Source of the DNA: Candidatus Levyibacteriota bacterium
GTDB taxonomy: Bacteria; Patescibacteriota; Microgenomatia; Levybacterales; UBA12049
Length of the DNA: 64,000 bases
Direction of reading: 5' to 3'
Assembly (NCBI GenBank): GCA_963716145.1
Contig: OY970292.1
Location: 746,169 to 810,168 of the forward strand
Part shown: piece by piece, positions 53,664 to 63,998 of the stretch
How the letters are laid out: each line of letters opens with the position of its first letter
Numbering within the stretch: position 1 is the stretch's first letter
Notes under the pieces: model-generated
Seen by the model: the letters and a program-made list of their open reading frames with translations, nothing else
Databases searched by the model: none
What the model was told of the DNA's origin: nothing
Translations under genes and position numbers: made by a program

Positions 53664-55537
53664 GCTTCTATCATAATGGATTTTCCATGATTTGGCATCT
53701 TTTGATAAATTTCCTCTGTCACAAAAGGCATGAATGGGTGAAGAAGCTTGAGGGATGTTACATAAACCTGAAGCAGAACAGACAAGGCAATATCCTTATC
53801 CTCCCTGTTTTTTACACTCTCAATATACTTATCAGCAACTGTGTGCCACATGAATTGATAAATTACCTCAGCTGCGTCTGCAAAGCGGAATTTTTCAAGC
53901 TCCCTATCAACTGTCTTAATCAGAGACTCTAATTGTTTGATAATCTCTTTATCCTCACTTGTCATTTTCTTTTTATCCAACTTTTCAAACTCAGGAACGT
54001 CCTTTCCCCATTCATCACGCATCAGCAGAATAAATCTTCCCATGTTCCAAATTTTATTCGCAAAATGCTTATAAGCAATTACCCGGTCTTTGGGGAAAGA
54101 AAAATCCTTTCCGTTTGAGGTGCCCGCAATAAGCCCCATCCGCAGAGCGTCTACACCGTACTGATCAAGATATTCTTCCGGATTTATTACATTTCCCAGA
54201 CTTTTACTCATTTTCCGCCCGTCCAAAGCCCTGACCATGCCATGCAAATAGACATCTTCAAATGGTACCTCTCCGGTCAAGTAAATCCCAAACATTATCA
54301 TTCTGGATACCCAAAGTTTTATAATCTCCCATCCTGTTTCCATAACGCTTGTAGGATAAAAATATTTAAAATCCTCTGAATCTGGGTATCCAAGTGTCAC
54401 AAGCGGCCATTGGCCACTGGAAAACCAAGTGTCAAACGTGTCTGTTTCCACAAGATATTTTTTCCCTTTTTGCTTATCCTCTTCAAAAAGCCATTCGGCA
54501 TCAGAATCAGCAATTACGCGCTGCAGTCCAGCTGTAATCTCTTCAAAAGTAACTCCTTTATCCAAAAACTGCTGCAAATTGCCATGATGATACTCGGCCT
54601 TTTTATCAAGAAACCAAACGGTAAATTGCTTTGGATTTGCTACTTCATACCAGACCGGAATTTGAATCCCCCAAACATTTTGCCTGGAAATTGGCCAATC
54701 CCGCATCTCCTCCATCCAGCGGACATAAGTGATCTCCTGCCACTTTGGAAAGATTTTAACTTTGCCTTTTTTCACTGCCTCCAGAGCCGGTTTTTTAAAG
54801 GATTTGTGCGAAGCATCCACTTTTACAAACCAATTGGGCAGAACCATTGGCTCTATGTCATGCCCTGCCTTACAAACCGTGACCGTATGTAAATACGCTT
54901 TATCAATTTTTTCGAGTAAACCCCGTTCCTCCAAATCCTCAGCTACTTTTTTGCGGGCAATTGCAACACTTAACCCTGCATAATTGCCTGCTTTTTCATT
55001 CAGTTTTCCGTCCAATCCTATTACCGGACGGACTTCAAGATTATGCCTCAAACCCGCTTCGTAATCATTTTTGTCATGCGCCGGCGTAACCTTAACAACT
55101 CCTGTTCCAAATTTTGGATCAACAAAATCATCAGCAATAACTTTCAGTCTAAATTTACCATTTAAGCCTTCCACTTCTATATCTTTTCCAATCCATTCTT
55201 TATATCTTTTGTCTTTTGGATTTACGGCAACTGCTGTGTCACCAAATTTTGTCTCAGGACGTACTGTAGCCAAAACAAAAGGTCCATAGTTAAGATAATA
55301 AAGCGGGTCTGTTCTTTCAACATGTTTTAACTCAACATCAGAGTAAGTAGTTCCGCATTTAGTACAGTAATTAACCATGTAATTACCTCTGTAAAGTAAT
55401 TTATCTTTACTCAGTTTTTTAAAAGTCCCATGAACTGTTTTAATAACTTCAGGATCCAGCGTAAACCGGTAGCGGCTCCAATCCACACTTGCCCCCATCC
55501 GGCGGATCTGATCCTCAATATTATGCTTGTTTTCCAT
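53645..55537 (-). CDS. valS: valyl-tRNA synthetase, C-terminal 630-aa portion (gene interrupted by a frameshift; the same frame reads back to about 55690)
   Basis: 'KMSKSLGNVINP' KMSKS motif, editing and anticodon-binding regions; the upstream continuation in this frame reads 'PTLWVPGTDHAGTETQ'. Confidence 0.8.
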   Translation of the reverse strand: MENKHNIEDQIRRMGASVDWSRYRFTLDPEVIKTVHGTFKKLSKDKLLYRGNYMVNYCTKCGTTYSDVELKHVERTDPLYYLNYGPFVLATVRPETKFGDTAVAVNPKDKRYKEWIGKDIEVEGLNGKFRLKVIADDFVDPKFGTGVVKVTPAHDKNDYEAGLRHNLEVRPVIGLDGKLNEKAGNYAGLSVAIARKKVAEDLEERGLLEKIDKAYLHTVTVCKAGHDIEPMVLPNWFVKVDASHKSFKKPALEAVKKGKVKIFPKWQEITYVRWMEEMRDWPISRQNVWGIQIPVWYEVANPKQFTVWFLDKKAEYHHGNLQQFLDKGVTFEEITAGLQRVIADSDAEWLFEEDKQKGKKYLVETDTFDTWFSSGQWPLVTLGYPDSEDFKYFYPTSVMETGWEIIKLWVSRMIMFGIYLTGEVPFEDVYLHGMVRALDGRKMSKSLGNVINPEEYLDQYGVDALRMGLIAGTSNGKDFSFPKDRVIAYKHFANKIWNMGRFILLMRDEWGKDVPEFEKLDKKKMTSEDKEIIKQLESLIKTVDRELEKFRFADAAEVIYQFMWHTVADKYIESVKNREDKDIALSVLLQVYVTSLKLLHPFMPFVTEEIYQKMPNHGKSIMIEAWPQSA

Positions 55538-55605
55538 AACAAATTTCCAAATTTCCTGATATAATTCCTCCCTACTGTAATTAAATCTGGATTTGCCTTG
55601 TTTTT

Positions 55606-55905
55606 TTAGCTCTTTTTCAAATGTAATTTGCGTTTCGGTTCCCGCGTGGTCAGTTCCCGGTACCCAAAGAGTGGGTTCCCTTTCATCCTGTGCCAGCGTA
55701 TAAGAAGATCCTCAATCGCGATCATCAAAACATTTCCCGTATGCATTTTTCCTGAGGCGTTTGGAGGAGGAAGAACTATTGTAAAAGGTTTTTTCTTTGG
55801 GTCTATTTTGGGCTTAAAATATTCGCCTTTTTCCCAAAACTTATAAAGCTCTCCCTCAGCTTTTTTATGATCGTATGCTTTGTCCACTGAGCACAATTCT
55901 AACAC
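55606..55905 (-). CDS. valS: valyl-tRNA synthetase, N-terminal fragment (99 aa) in a different frame; HIGH motif appears as HTGN
   Basis: 'PPPNASGKMHTGNVLMIAIEDLLIRWHRMKG' matches the ValRS N-terminus; the frame is lost right after 'RMKG' at the homopolymer run around 55665-55672. Confidence 0.75.
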   Translation of the reverse strand: MLELCSVDKAYDHKKAEGELYKFWEKGEYFKPKIDPKKKPFTIVLPPPNASGKMHTGNVLMIAIEDLLIRWHRMKGNPLFGYRELTTREPKRKLHLKKS

Positions 55906-55966
55906 AGCAGGCTTGTGCTATCAATCGCTTTTATCCCTCTTCATTTTTGAGAAGGTTGCGAGTATA

Positions 55967-57277
55967 ATGCAAATCATGAAATATAAAAAGAAAAAGCTTG
56001 TTGCGGTAAGCCGAAAGGTCAATCAAAATAAGCGTCTTACACCATCAGAGATTAATTATCTGCTTTCTTTTGAAAAGAAAGAAAAAGACAGAACGCCTCT
56101 TAGGTTGTTAAAAGCTCTCGCTCTTCCGCTTTCTCTGTTTGTCAATTTTTTATTCGCCGTTTACCCTGATTACTTTTCAAACTTTACCTCACATTTACCA
56201 AGTTGGACCAATCTACAACCACGATTTCTGGCTGGAGCTGATTATCTCTGGGACTTTATAGGTGAGCCTGTCAAAAAAGCAAATATCGTTTATCATCTTC
56301 CCAATATTGTCCTGTACTCTTTTGGGGTTGTGGGTATTAAAAAATTGCTGGACGCGGTAAATCACAGAAGCTGGCTTGAAAATGTGTTGTCTGCTCAGAA
56401 AATACTTCAAGAAAATGTTGAAAAAGGCAGTTTATGGCTTCAAATGAAACAAGGACAATCGCTGCTTTTTGTAGGCAAGGGGGATTTTATCGGAGCACAA
56501 TTTGCCTTAAATCATAAACCTGACCAAACAGTTACTATTTCAGAAAACAAACCATTCTTTACCTCAATTTGGAATCACTATGATATTGACACTTTATATA
56601 AGGATTTGGAGCAAGTAATTATTCAGTCAAGCGGCGAAAATATAGGAGAATATGTCTTTTTTCCGGTAAAAGATGACCAGATATTTTTGCCCGGACCAAA
56701 AGACTATGATCTTTCTCCGCACAAATTGGATATATTGGTTCAGGATATACGGACTATTGAGAAAGAGCAAAAATGGAAAGACAGACGGATCATAGTAATT
56801 GGCGATAAATCCCACAAAAGCTTTGTCCAATCAGAAGATCAAAATGGTGTTATCAAAAAAAGCGGAGACACTATCTCACTTTTAACAATCAGTGCCAAAT
56901 ATAAAAATGTGAACCTGATTGACCCCACTGATGTAGTTCTTAGAGAGATTATCAGAATTGCTCATGGACGAAAAATTGTTTTCAGGGCAACTAAAGAAGG
57001 ACTTGCTGAGTACAAAAAAAGGTTTTACGATAGGCTAAAAGAACTGGGATATAAACAACTAAAAAAGCGGAAAGGGGTTCTGACGATTGGCTACGACCTG
57101 TTTGAGGATATGACAGAACAGCAAACACTCTCAAGAAAAATTGATGACTATTATCCGGTGGTGTTATCCAAAAACGTACATGACGCCTTGATCCGCAATG
57201 GTTACAAAAAAGAAAACTTTCTCTATGTCCCGGATCTTGTTTTAAAGACTCTAACTCATGCAGCAAGCCAACAATAG
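55967..57277 (+). CDS. hypothetical protein (about 436 aa from the internal Met; the ORF-track start at 55880 overlaps valS)
   Basis: ORF track; one TM region near the N-terminus; no motif recognised. Confidence 0.4.
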   Translation: MQIMKYKKKKLVAVSRKVNQNKRLTPSEINYLLSFEKKEKDRTPLRLLKALALPLSLFVNFLFAVYPDYFSNFTSHLPSWTNLQPRFLAGADYLWDFIGEPVKKANIVYHLPNIVLYSFGVVGIKKLLDAVNHRSWLENVLSAQKILQENVEKGSLWLQMKQGQSLLFVGKGDFIGAQFALNHKPDQTVTISENKPFFTSIWNHYDIDTLYKDLEQVIIQSSGENIGEYVFFPVKDDQIFLPGPKDYDLSPHKLDILVQDIRTIEKEQKWKDRRIIVIGDKSHKSFVQSEDQNGVIKKSGDTISLLTISAKYKNVNLIDPTDVVLREIIRIAHGRKIVFRATKEGLAEYKKRFYDRLKELGYKQLKKRKGVLTIGYDLFEDMTEQQTLSRKIDDYYPVVLSKNVHDALIRNGYKKENFLYVPDLVLKTLTHAASQQ

Positions 57278-57316
57278 CTCGTCCCGTTAGATTACATATA
57301 TAATTGTCTAACCGGG

Positions 57317-57859
57317 ATGGAAATTACTAAGACATTTTACGCGAAAAACCGCTTACAATGGAGAACGTGGCTCGAGAAAAACCACGACAAAAAGAATGAT
57401 GTTTGGCTGATTTATTACAGAAAAGCCTCGGGAAAACCCAGAATCTCCTACAACGATGCTGTTGAAGAAGCGCTTTGTTTTGGCTGGATCGACAGCCAGG
57501 CCAAAGGAATTGATGAAGAAAGATTTGCCCAGAGATTTTCTCCAAGAAGAGCTAAAAGCAACTGGTCAACTCTCAATCTTGAACGGATGAAGCAATTAGT
57601 TAAACAGGGCCTCATGACACCAGCAGGACTTACCTATTATCCGGTAGAAACTAAATTTAAAATCCCGGCAGATATCCTGAAAGAACTTAAAAAAGACAAA
57701 GAAACTTGGGATAATTTCCGAAAATTTGATGAGTCATATCAAGCAATACGAATCGGCTTTATCGACGGAGCTCGTAACAGACCTGAAGAATTTCAAAAGA
57801 GATTAAAATACTTTCTGAAGATAACAAAATTGGATAAAAAATTCGGAATGGTTGCTTAA
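57317..57859 (+). CDS. YdeI/OmpD-associated family protein (bacteriocin-protection-like)
   Basis: 'NRLQWRTWLEKNH....VWLIYYRKASGKPRISYNDAVEEALCFGWIDSQ' matches the YdeI-family N-terminus. Confidence 0.55.
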   Translation: MEITKTFYAKNRLQWRTWLEKNHDKKNDVWLIYYRKASGKPRISYNDAVEEALCFGWIDSQAKGIDEERFAQRFSPRRAKSNWSTLNLERMKQLVKQGLMTPAGLTYYPVETKFKIPADILKELKKDKETWDNFRKFDESYQAIRIGFIDGARNRPEEFQKRLKYFLKITKLDKKFGMVA

Positions 57860-58446
57860 ATTTTTATCTTTTTCCCAATTTTGAACCTAACAAGGACTGT
57901 AAGGAGAAGACAGGCCAGAAAAACATATATAGAAAACGCAATATTTGCAAAATCCCACACCTCAATTGTCAAGATTCCCATACCTATTCCAATAGTATTT
58001 AGGAAATAAACCAAATATGATTCGGTCTCCGGATGAGAAAAAGCTTTTCTGTATGTTGGGATACCAACAAAAATATTGGCAATAATACTGAAAAGTATTG
58101 CTACGTTCCCATTTTTTGAAAAATACCACAAGACAAGCCCTATTACCGAACAAGCTCCGCATGCTAAGTCAAATTTGGTTAATTTCCACTCTGCTTTTTT
58201 ATTAAAATAAGTTGCAAAAAAAACAAAAAATGGAATTATGCCGGTTGCGAGAGTAAGTAGAGAGATTGAGCCAACTCCTTTGCTAATTTGCGCCACATAA
58301 ATAATAATCGGCATAATTCCCCACAATAACCATGTGACTCTATTTGGTTTTACCTTTCCTTTAATAGTGTCTATGAGGTAGCTGAAATCTCCAATAAAAA
58401 TTGTGAGTATTCCGAGCGTTAGAAGTACAATATTGAGCATTATCAA
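57856..58446 (-). CDS. polytopic membrane protein of unknown function, 196 aa; paralog of 6351..6941
   Basis: shared 'IKGKVKPNRVTWLLW' and 'SHPETESYLVYF' segments with the 6351 gene product. Confidence 0.5.
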   Translation of the reverse strand: MIMLNIVLLTLGILTIFIGDFSYLIDTIKGKVKPNRVTWLLWGIMPIIIYVAQISKGVGSISLLTLATGIIPFFVFFATYFNKKAEWKLTKFDLACGACSVIGLVLWYFSKNGNVAILFSIIANIFVGIPTYRKAFSHPETESYLVYFLNTIGIGMGILTIEVWDFANIAFSIYVFLACLLLTVLVRFKIGKKIKI

Positions 58447-58460
58447 AGTATAACACGCTA

Positions 58461-59177
58461 TTAAACTTTCTTCATATAAAACTCCCGCTGGGGTTTGGGG
58501 AATTTTTCAATCGCGTATCTCAACATTGTGCGCGGCATTTTTTGGTAGTGTTTATCCAAAAACCTTAACTCTGATTGTAAATCCCTATTCCCCACTTCCC
58601 TAAGCATCCAACCAGCTGCCTTATGAATCAAATCGTGTTGATCATTCAAAAGAATTTCCGCAATTTTAAGCGTATCATCATATTGATTTCTTCTGATAAA
58701 TCCCTGTGTGGCAATGATCGCAATTCTTTTCTCCCAAATATTTTCTGATCTTGCTAGTTTGTAAAGAATGCTTTTATCACGATCACCCAAATACTCGCCC
58801 AAAATATATCCCGCACTGGAATCAACAAGATCCCAATTGTTAACCCGCTTTGTATTCTTCAAATAAAAATCAACTATTTCTTTCTTTTCTTTTTCAGATG
58901 CTTTTTTATATTTGATAACCAATATAAAAAGCGCGACAAGACGGAATTCATGGATTTTATTTTTGAGAAGCGTCTGAACATCGCTCAGTGACAAATCCGT
59001 ATATTTCCGGGCAATTATCCGCTGCTTAGGAACGTTAATCCCCAAAAACTCATCCCCTTCTCCGTACTGCCCTTTTCCTGTTTTGAAAAATCCCAGCAAA
59101 AACTCCGCCCTCAGCGGATCACCAAAACCGAGAAGTTCTTTTATGATGTTTGCAAGAAGTGGAGCATCCTTCTTCAT
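58461..59177 (-). CDS. DNA alkylation repair protein (AlkD/AlkC-like HEAT-repeat glycosylase family)
   Basis: 'NNWDLVDSSAGYILGEYL', 'IHEFRLVALFIL' HEAT-like helices typical of the family. Confidence 0.65.
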   Translation of the reverse strand: MKKDAPLLANIIKELLGFGDPLRAEFLLGFFKTGKGQYGEGDEFLGINVPKQRIIARKYTDLSLSDVQTLLKNKIHEFRLVALFILVIKYKKASEKEKKEIVDFYLKNTKRVNNWDLVDSSAGYILGEYLGDRDKSILYKLARSENIWEKRIAIIATQGFIRRNQYDDTLKIAEILLNDQHDLIHKAAGWMLREVGNRDLQSELRFLDKHYQKMPRTMLRYAIEKFPKPQREFYMKKV

Positions 59178-59188
59178 TAGCGGAAATC

Positions 59189-60154
59189 TTATCTCTTAAA
59201 AAGAGAGTTCATCCTCTGCAGCATATTATTCCTATTGTAATTCGGACCTGCAGGAGCTGTTGTTGGTTGTGATGATTTTGTGGGAATTGGCGTGGATCCA
59301 GAAGGAAAGGTTGGCTGGGAAGTGGAATTTGCTCCCATATCTTGCTGTACTCCATTTGGAACATCTGTGATCGACGAACCGGAACAGCCAATCGGATTGC
59401 CTAAGTGATTATTGCGTGACGAAGGAGAAATAGCGCCATTGGCAACAGGTATACCAAAAATGACCGAGGAATGTATAAGATTATTGCAACTGGTAAATGC
59501 AGAAAAATTCTCAGTCCACATTACTGATGATTTTCCAAGGCCGCCCCAACTTTGCGGTACTTTAATTTGGCCAATAAAAGTCTCACTATTTGTACCCGTG
59601 TCTTTAACCCAAGATCCCCACCAAGTACCGCCGGAATCAGCTGAGATCTTACTGATCCGCAATTTGTAGGCGTGATTTGCTACCCATTCATAAGCAACGC
59701 TACAGCTTTGACCAACTCCTTCTCCGCCAAACTTACCACAGGCCGGACCTTGCGATACCGTTGTATTCCAAAGCGAAAATATAGCAAGTTTTCCGCGACT
59801 TCCATCTGCCCGTCTGGTTCCCTGAGACTGTAAGCCAGAATAACCTCCCTCCCCATTATTAAAACGGTATTGATGTGACCAAAAGTAACCGGCAGGCGTC
59901 GGGTCGGTGAGTACAGTTACCTGCCATTCAAAGCTATTAAATCCCGCCGATGAACTTGGCCAATTCCAATCAGTATAGGTGCCTGTTGGATGGCTTGAAC
60001 TGGGCCCTACGGCTCTTTGCCTTATGTCTTGTTTTTGAGAGGCAATAAACGTTGGTATTACTACAACTAAAAGTGCCATAAAACCAAGCGAAATGTACTT
60101 GGAGTATTTATAAATTGCTTTTTGAGTATTTCCTGATTTCTTTTGATAACTCAT
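59189..60154 (-). CDS. hypothetical secreted/membrane-anchored protein, Gly/Ser/Trp-rich beta-type domain
   Basis: N-terminal TM; no motif recognised. Confidence 0.4.
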   Translation of the reverse strand: MSYQKKSGNTQKAIYKYSKYISLGFMALLVVVIPTFIASQKQDIRQRAVGPSSSHPTGTYTDWNWPSSSAGFNSFEWQVTVLTDPTPAGYFWSHQYRFNNGEGGYSGLQSQGTRRADGSRGKLAIFSLWNTTVSQGPACGKFGGEGVGQSCSVAYEWVANHAYKLRISKISADSGGTWWGSWVKDTGTNSETFIGQIKVPQSWGGLGKSSVMWTENFSAFTSCNNLIHSSVIFGIPVANGAISPSSRNNHLGNPIGCSGSSITDVPNGVQQDMGANSTSQPTFPSGSTPIPTKSSQPTTAPAGPNYNRNNMLQRMNSLFKR

Positions 60155-60246
60155 AAGTCACCCTTACTTACTATACTTTGGATAAAATTCGCTTGTCAAG
60201 TTATGCTAACTACTAAACGCTGGTAGATTTTTATGATATACTAATT

Positions 60247-61416
60247 TTGCCCATGAAGTTTGTTGATGAAATTGAAATTAAAAATAAAACTGTTTTACTG
60301 CGTGTTGATTTCAATGTCTCGCTGAACGCCAACCTCACCATAGCTGATGACATAAGAATTCGTCAGTCTCTTCCGACAATTGAGCACCTCCTAAAACACA
60401 AAAATAAAATTATCATACTCGCTCATCTGAATAACCCCGTCGGTCGTGATCCCGATGACTCGCTAATCCGGGTCAAGAATAGGCTTGCGCAATATCTACA
60501 CACTAAAAAAATAACTTTCGTTGAGGATTTTCAGAAAAATCCGCATACCGCAGCGTTAAAACCTGGTGAAATTCTACTGTTTGAGAATATCCGCTATTAT
60601 CCGGGTGAGAAAGCAAATGATCCGGAATTTGCCAAACAACTCTCATCCCTTGCTGATATTTTTGTCAACGACGCGTTCGGCGTAAGTCACCGCAAAGATG
60701 CATCGGTTGTGGGCCTTCCCAAACTTCTCCCTTCATACGGAGGCTTACTTCTTAAAAGAGAAATTACAATGATTGGCAAAATCATGAAAAATCCCAAAAG
60801 ACCATTTGTTGCCATCATCGGAGGTAAAAAAATCACAACAAAAATTAAATTTATTGACAAGCTTGCCGGTATGGCAGACTTCTTGCTTCTTGGGGGAGGC
60901 CTTGCGAATACTTTTGTAGCTGCAGAAGGGCACGGATTGGGCAATAGTCATATGCTTCCTGAGGATGTTGTGGTGGCAAAACACATTCTTTCTCTTGCCA
61001 GAAAAGAACATACCCGCTTTGTACTGCCAAAAGACGCTGTTGTAGGAGATGAGCTTGATAGCAAAACAAGTGAGGTTAAAAAAATTAATGCTATCGATAA
61101 AAATGACCATATCCTGGATATCGGTCCTGAGACCCAAGCTGAATTCGGGAAATTGATTGAGGAGGCGCGTACTATTGTTTGGAATGGACCGGTCGGCTAC
61201 ACCGAGAATCCGGTTTTCAATCGGGGAACTGATTTTCTATTTTACGCGATTGCCGAAAACGAGGAGGCTCTATCAATCGTTGGCGGAGGCGACACGCTTG
61301 CGGCGATTTCCAAACAAGAATATCTTAGTAAGATTACCTGGATCTCAACTGGAGGAGGCGCAATGCTTGAATTTATAGAAAATGGCACGCTCCCCGGCAT
61401 CGAAGCCCTCAAGTAA
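60247..61416 (+). CDS. pgk: phosphoglycerate kinase
   Basis: 'VLLRVDFNVSL', 'IGGKKITTKIKFIDKL', 'GGGDTLAAI'. Confidence 0.9.
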   Translation: MPMKFVDEIEIKNKTVLLRVDFNVSLNANLTIADDIRIRQSLPTIEHLLKHKNKIIILAHLNNPVGRDPDDSLIRVKNRLAQYLHTKKITFVEDFQKNPHTAALKPGEILLFENIRYYPGEKANDPEFAKQLSSLADIFVNDAFGVSHRKDASVVGLPKLLPSYGGLLLKREITMIGKIMKNPKRPFVAIIGGKKITTKIKFIDKLAGMADFLLLGGGLANTFVAAEGHGLGNSHMLPEDVVVAKHILSLARKEHTRFVLPKDAVVGDELDSKTSEVKKINAIDKNDHILDIGPETQAEFGKLIEEARTIVWNGPVGYTENPVFNRGTDFLFYAIAENEEALSIVGGGDTLAAISKQEYLSKITWISTGGGAMLEFIENGTLPGIEALK

Positions 61417-61472
61417 TATTTAACATTTGGCCTTTCGCGTTAACTTTCGGCTTTTCTGCTATAATTGATTTT

Positions 61473-62174
61473 ATGGAAATTCTTACTTTTGTTCTTCATC
61501 TTGATGAACATCTTGCCAACATCGTTAATCAGTTTGGCACGCTTACCTACGCTATTTTGTTTTTAATAATCTTTGCCGAGACAGGATTTGTGATTGCTCC
61601 TTTTCTGCCCGGAGACTCGCTTTTATTTACTGTCGGCACGCTTGCCGCCCGGGACATTCTTAACATCTGGGCAATATACTTCTCGCTTTTAGCTGCTGCG
61701 ATTCTCGGAGACACAGTCAATTATTGGATCGGGCATAAAATGGGGCCACGGGTTTTTTCTCAAAAGAACTCAAGAATTTTCAACAGAAAGTATATTGATA
61801 AAACGGAAAAGTTTTATGAGAAATACGGAGGTAAAACAATTATTCTAGCGCGCTTCCTGCCGATCATTAGAACCTTTGCCCCTTTTGTCGCGGGAGTTGG
61901 AAAAATGCATTACCAAACATTTCTTATGTACAACGTCATCGGAGGATTTATCTGGGTGACTCTTTTTGTTTGGGCAGGATATCTTTTCGGGGGCATAAAA
62001 ATTATTAAAGAAAATTTTGAACTCGCCGTTGTTGGAATAATTTTATTTTCTCTTCTACCGGTTGTATTTGAGTATTTCAAACATAGAAAAAATTCTGCAA
62101 AGGAAAAAGCTACGAAAGATCATTCAACGTATAAGGATCTTGAAAAAACTTTTAAAAAGGATGGCTTGCAATAG
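61473..62174 (+). CDS. dedA: DedA/SNARE-associated family membrane protein
   Basis: 'FAETGFVIAPFLPGDSLLFTVG', 'KTIILARFLPIIRTFAPFVAG' DedA core. Confidence 0.8.
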   Translation: MEILTFVLHLDEHLANIVNQFGTLTYAILFLIIFAETGFVIAPFLPGDSLLFTVGTLAARDILNIWAIYFSLLAAAILGDTVNYWIGHKMGPRVFSQKNSRIFNRKYIDKTEKFYEKYGGKTIILARFLPIIRTFAPFVAGVGKMHYQTFLMYNVIGGFIWVTLFVWAGYLFGGIKIIKENFELAVVGIILFSLLPVVFEYFKHRKNSAKEKATKDHSTYKDLEKTFKKDGLQ

Positions 62175-62180
62175 CAAATT

Positions 62181-63035
62181 ATGGCAAAATTAAAAAAACG
62201 GCTTAAGGAATCTTCTGCTCAACAAATCCTTCCCCTTACCCTAACGGTAGTCACCGCAGTAGTACTCATTTTGTTTATTTATTTTGAAATAATCATACTC
62301 AACAAATTCACTCCAACCGATATTTTAACCAAAGTACTGTGGAGCGATGTAGTAATAGGGCTTACGATTTATCTTAAGACCTCTGTAGATTTCGCAATTT
62401 TTATTGGCAATCTAATGGCCGCGTATCCAGGATGGAAAAATAGAATATCAATTGAGATTGGAACAGCTTTTGGAAATGCACTGGGCACGATCATTATCCT
62501 TGCAATCTGGGACTTCTTCAAAGAGATAAAAATCCTACTTGCAGCGATGATTTTCATAGCAGCTCTTGTTCTTCTCAAGCTGGCTGAGGAAAGCCTCTCT
62601 CATGTCAATGATCAGGAAGTTGGAGCGCGTCAGCGCTTGAAATCAATTGCAAACAGGATTGAATCGACCTTGTCTCCAATCAACAAGTTCCTGAACGGTG
62701 GGCTCAAATATATTATGCCAAACCTCTCAATGAAGCCAAAACCCAATCTCACTCTGTGGGGACTACTTGGGATGTCCTTCACAATTCCCTTTATTCTCGG
62801 GCTTGATGATTTCGCAGGCTATGTTCCTGTTTTTGATATTGTAAATGTATTTGGTTTCTCAATCGGTGTAATTATGGGCCACATGATTTTAAACATCTTT
62901 CTTTTTATCTCTCCGAAGAACACAATTAAGGTTGTTAAAAATCCAATTGTCTCAATCATCGGAAGTATCGCATTCATCGGTCTTGCCTTCTGGGGATTCT
63001 ACGAGGTCTACAGAATTCTATTCCTGCACCACTAA
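62181..63035 (+). CDS. hypothetical polytopic membrane protein
   Basis: ORF track; 7-8 hydrophobic helices. Confidence 0.4.
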   Translation: MAKLKKRLKESSAQQILPLTLTVVTAVVLILFIYFEIIILNKFTPTDILTKVLWSDVVIGLTIYLKTSVDFAIFIGNLMAAYPGWKNRISIEIGTAFGNALGTIIILAIWDFFKEIKILLAAMIFIAALVLLKLAEESLSHVNDQEVGARQRLKSIANRIESTLSPINKFLNGGLKYIMPNLSMKPKPNLTLWGLLGMSFTIPFILGLDDFAGYVPVFDIVNVFGFSIGVIMGHMILNIFLFISPKNTIKVVKNPIVSIIGSIAFIGLAFWGFYEVYRILFLHH

Positions 63036-63998
63036 TTACTTCTGTGAAAATTGGACTTTGATGTTTTTGTCCTCATTCAATTTTGATTCATATCTTACCT
63101 TTCCACCTAGGTCAACAAAATCCCGGTTCAAACCAATCGGCACAAATTTAGACGGGTAAGAAAGAGTCAGCGAATAAGGATCACTATCTGTTCCCGGCTG
63201 CTTGAGGACTCTTAAGTCATAAGAAAAGGCAGGGAGTGCTGTACTTATAATTTGGGGAGTAATATAAGTTATTGAAACTTTCTTAGTTGTCTGCACAGGA
63301 ACTATCAGAAAAAAAGCTACTACTTCTTTTCCGCTAATCTCTGTTGTTTCAATTTCAAGCTCCTTGGGAGGGACAAAACCCGTTTGGCCAAATATGGAAG
63401 GATTTGTAATCGCACTGGTAATCGGAGTCTCGCGTCCGTCGATCCTAACTGATTTAAGATCGGCTCCATTTGGCAGAATAAAACGGAGGTAGTTTTTATA
63501 ATCTCCCCCGAATACACTGGTTTTTGTACTGGTGTTCTCATAGCTAATCGTCGCTGTCTCCTCCACTCCTCCGCTTTCTGAGATACTAACGTTTTGAGCA
63601 ATTGAGCGCTTCAGATAATAATTTCCTTTATTAGCACCTATGTTCGCGTCCACTGTCCCCAAAAAGTCAGAGACTGAATTCTCCTTTTTGGGCCTGGCGT
63701 CATAAAAAGTGCCTGACAGATTGTTAATGGTAAAAACTTTCTGAATCCCGGGATCTACGAAAGCAAAAAGCAGGTGCTTTTCTTTTATCGATTTCTGCAT
63801 CTGCTTTGAAAGGCTTAGGTAGGACAAGTCCTTTTTTTCAGAAAGACGGATCGACATACTGTTAAGTAACGACCTCAGAAAATCTTTTTTCTGGGTTGAT
63901 CCCGGAAAAAAATTATCCTCCGCATGTTTTTGCGTCAGTAGATAAAAATTCTCGGCATTTACCTCTTCCTTGTAATCCTCAACCCGCACACTACCCAA
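63036..63998 (-). CDS. hypothetical protein, 5' end probably truncated by the window edge (the ORF-track 'M' is a TTG at 63996-63998)
   Basis: ORF open to the end of the window. Confidence 0.35.
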   Translation of the reverse strand: MGSVRVEDYKEEVNAENFYLLTQKHAEDNFFPGSTQKKDFLRSLLNSMSIRLSEKKDLSYLSLSKQMQKSIKEKHLLFAFVDPGIQKVFTINNLSGTFYDARPKKENSVSDFLGTVDANIGANKGNYYLKRSIAQNVSISESGGVEETATISYENTSTKTSVFGGDYKNYLRFILPNGADLKSVRIDGRETPITSAITNPSIFGQTGFVPPKELEIETTEISGKEVVAFFLIVPVQTTKKVSITYITPQIISTALPAFSYDLRVLKQPGTDSDPYSLTLSYPSKFVPIGLNRDFVDLGGKVRYESKLNEDKNIKVQFSQK

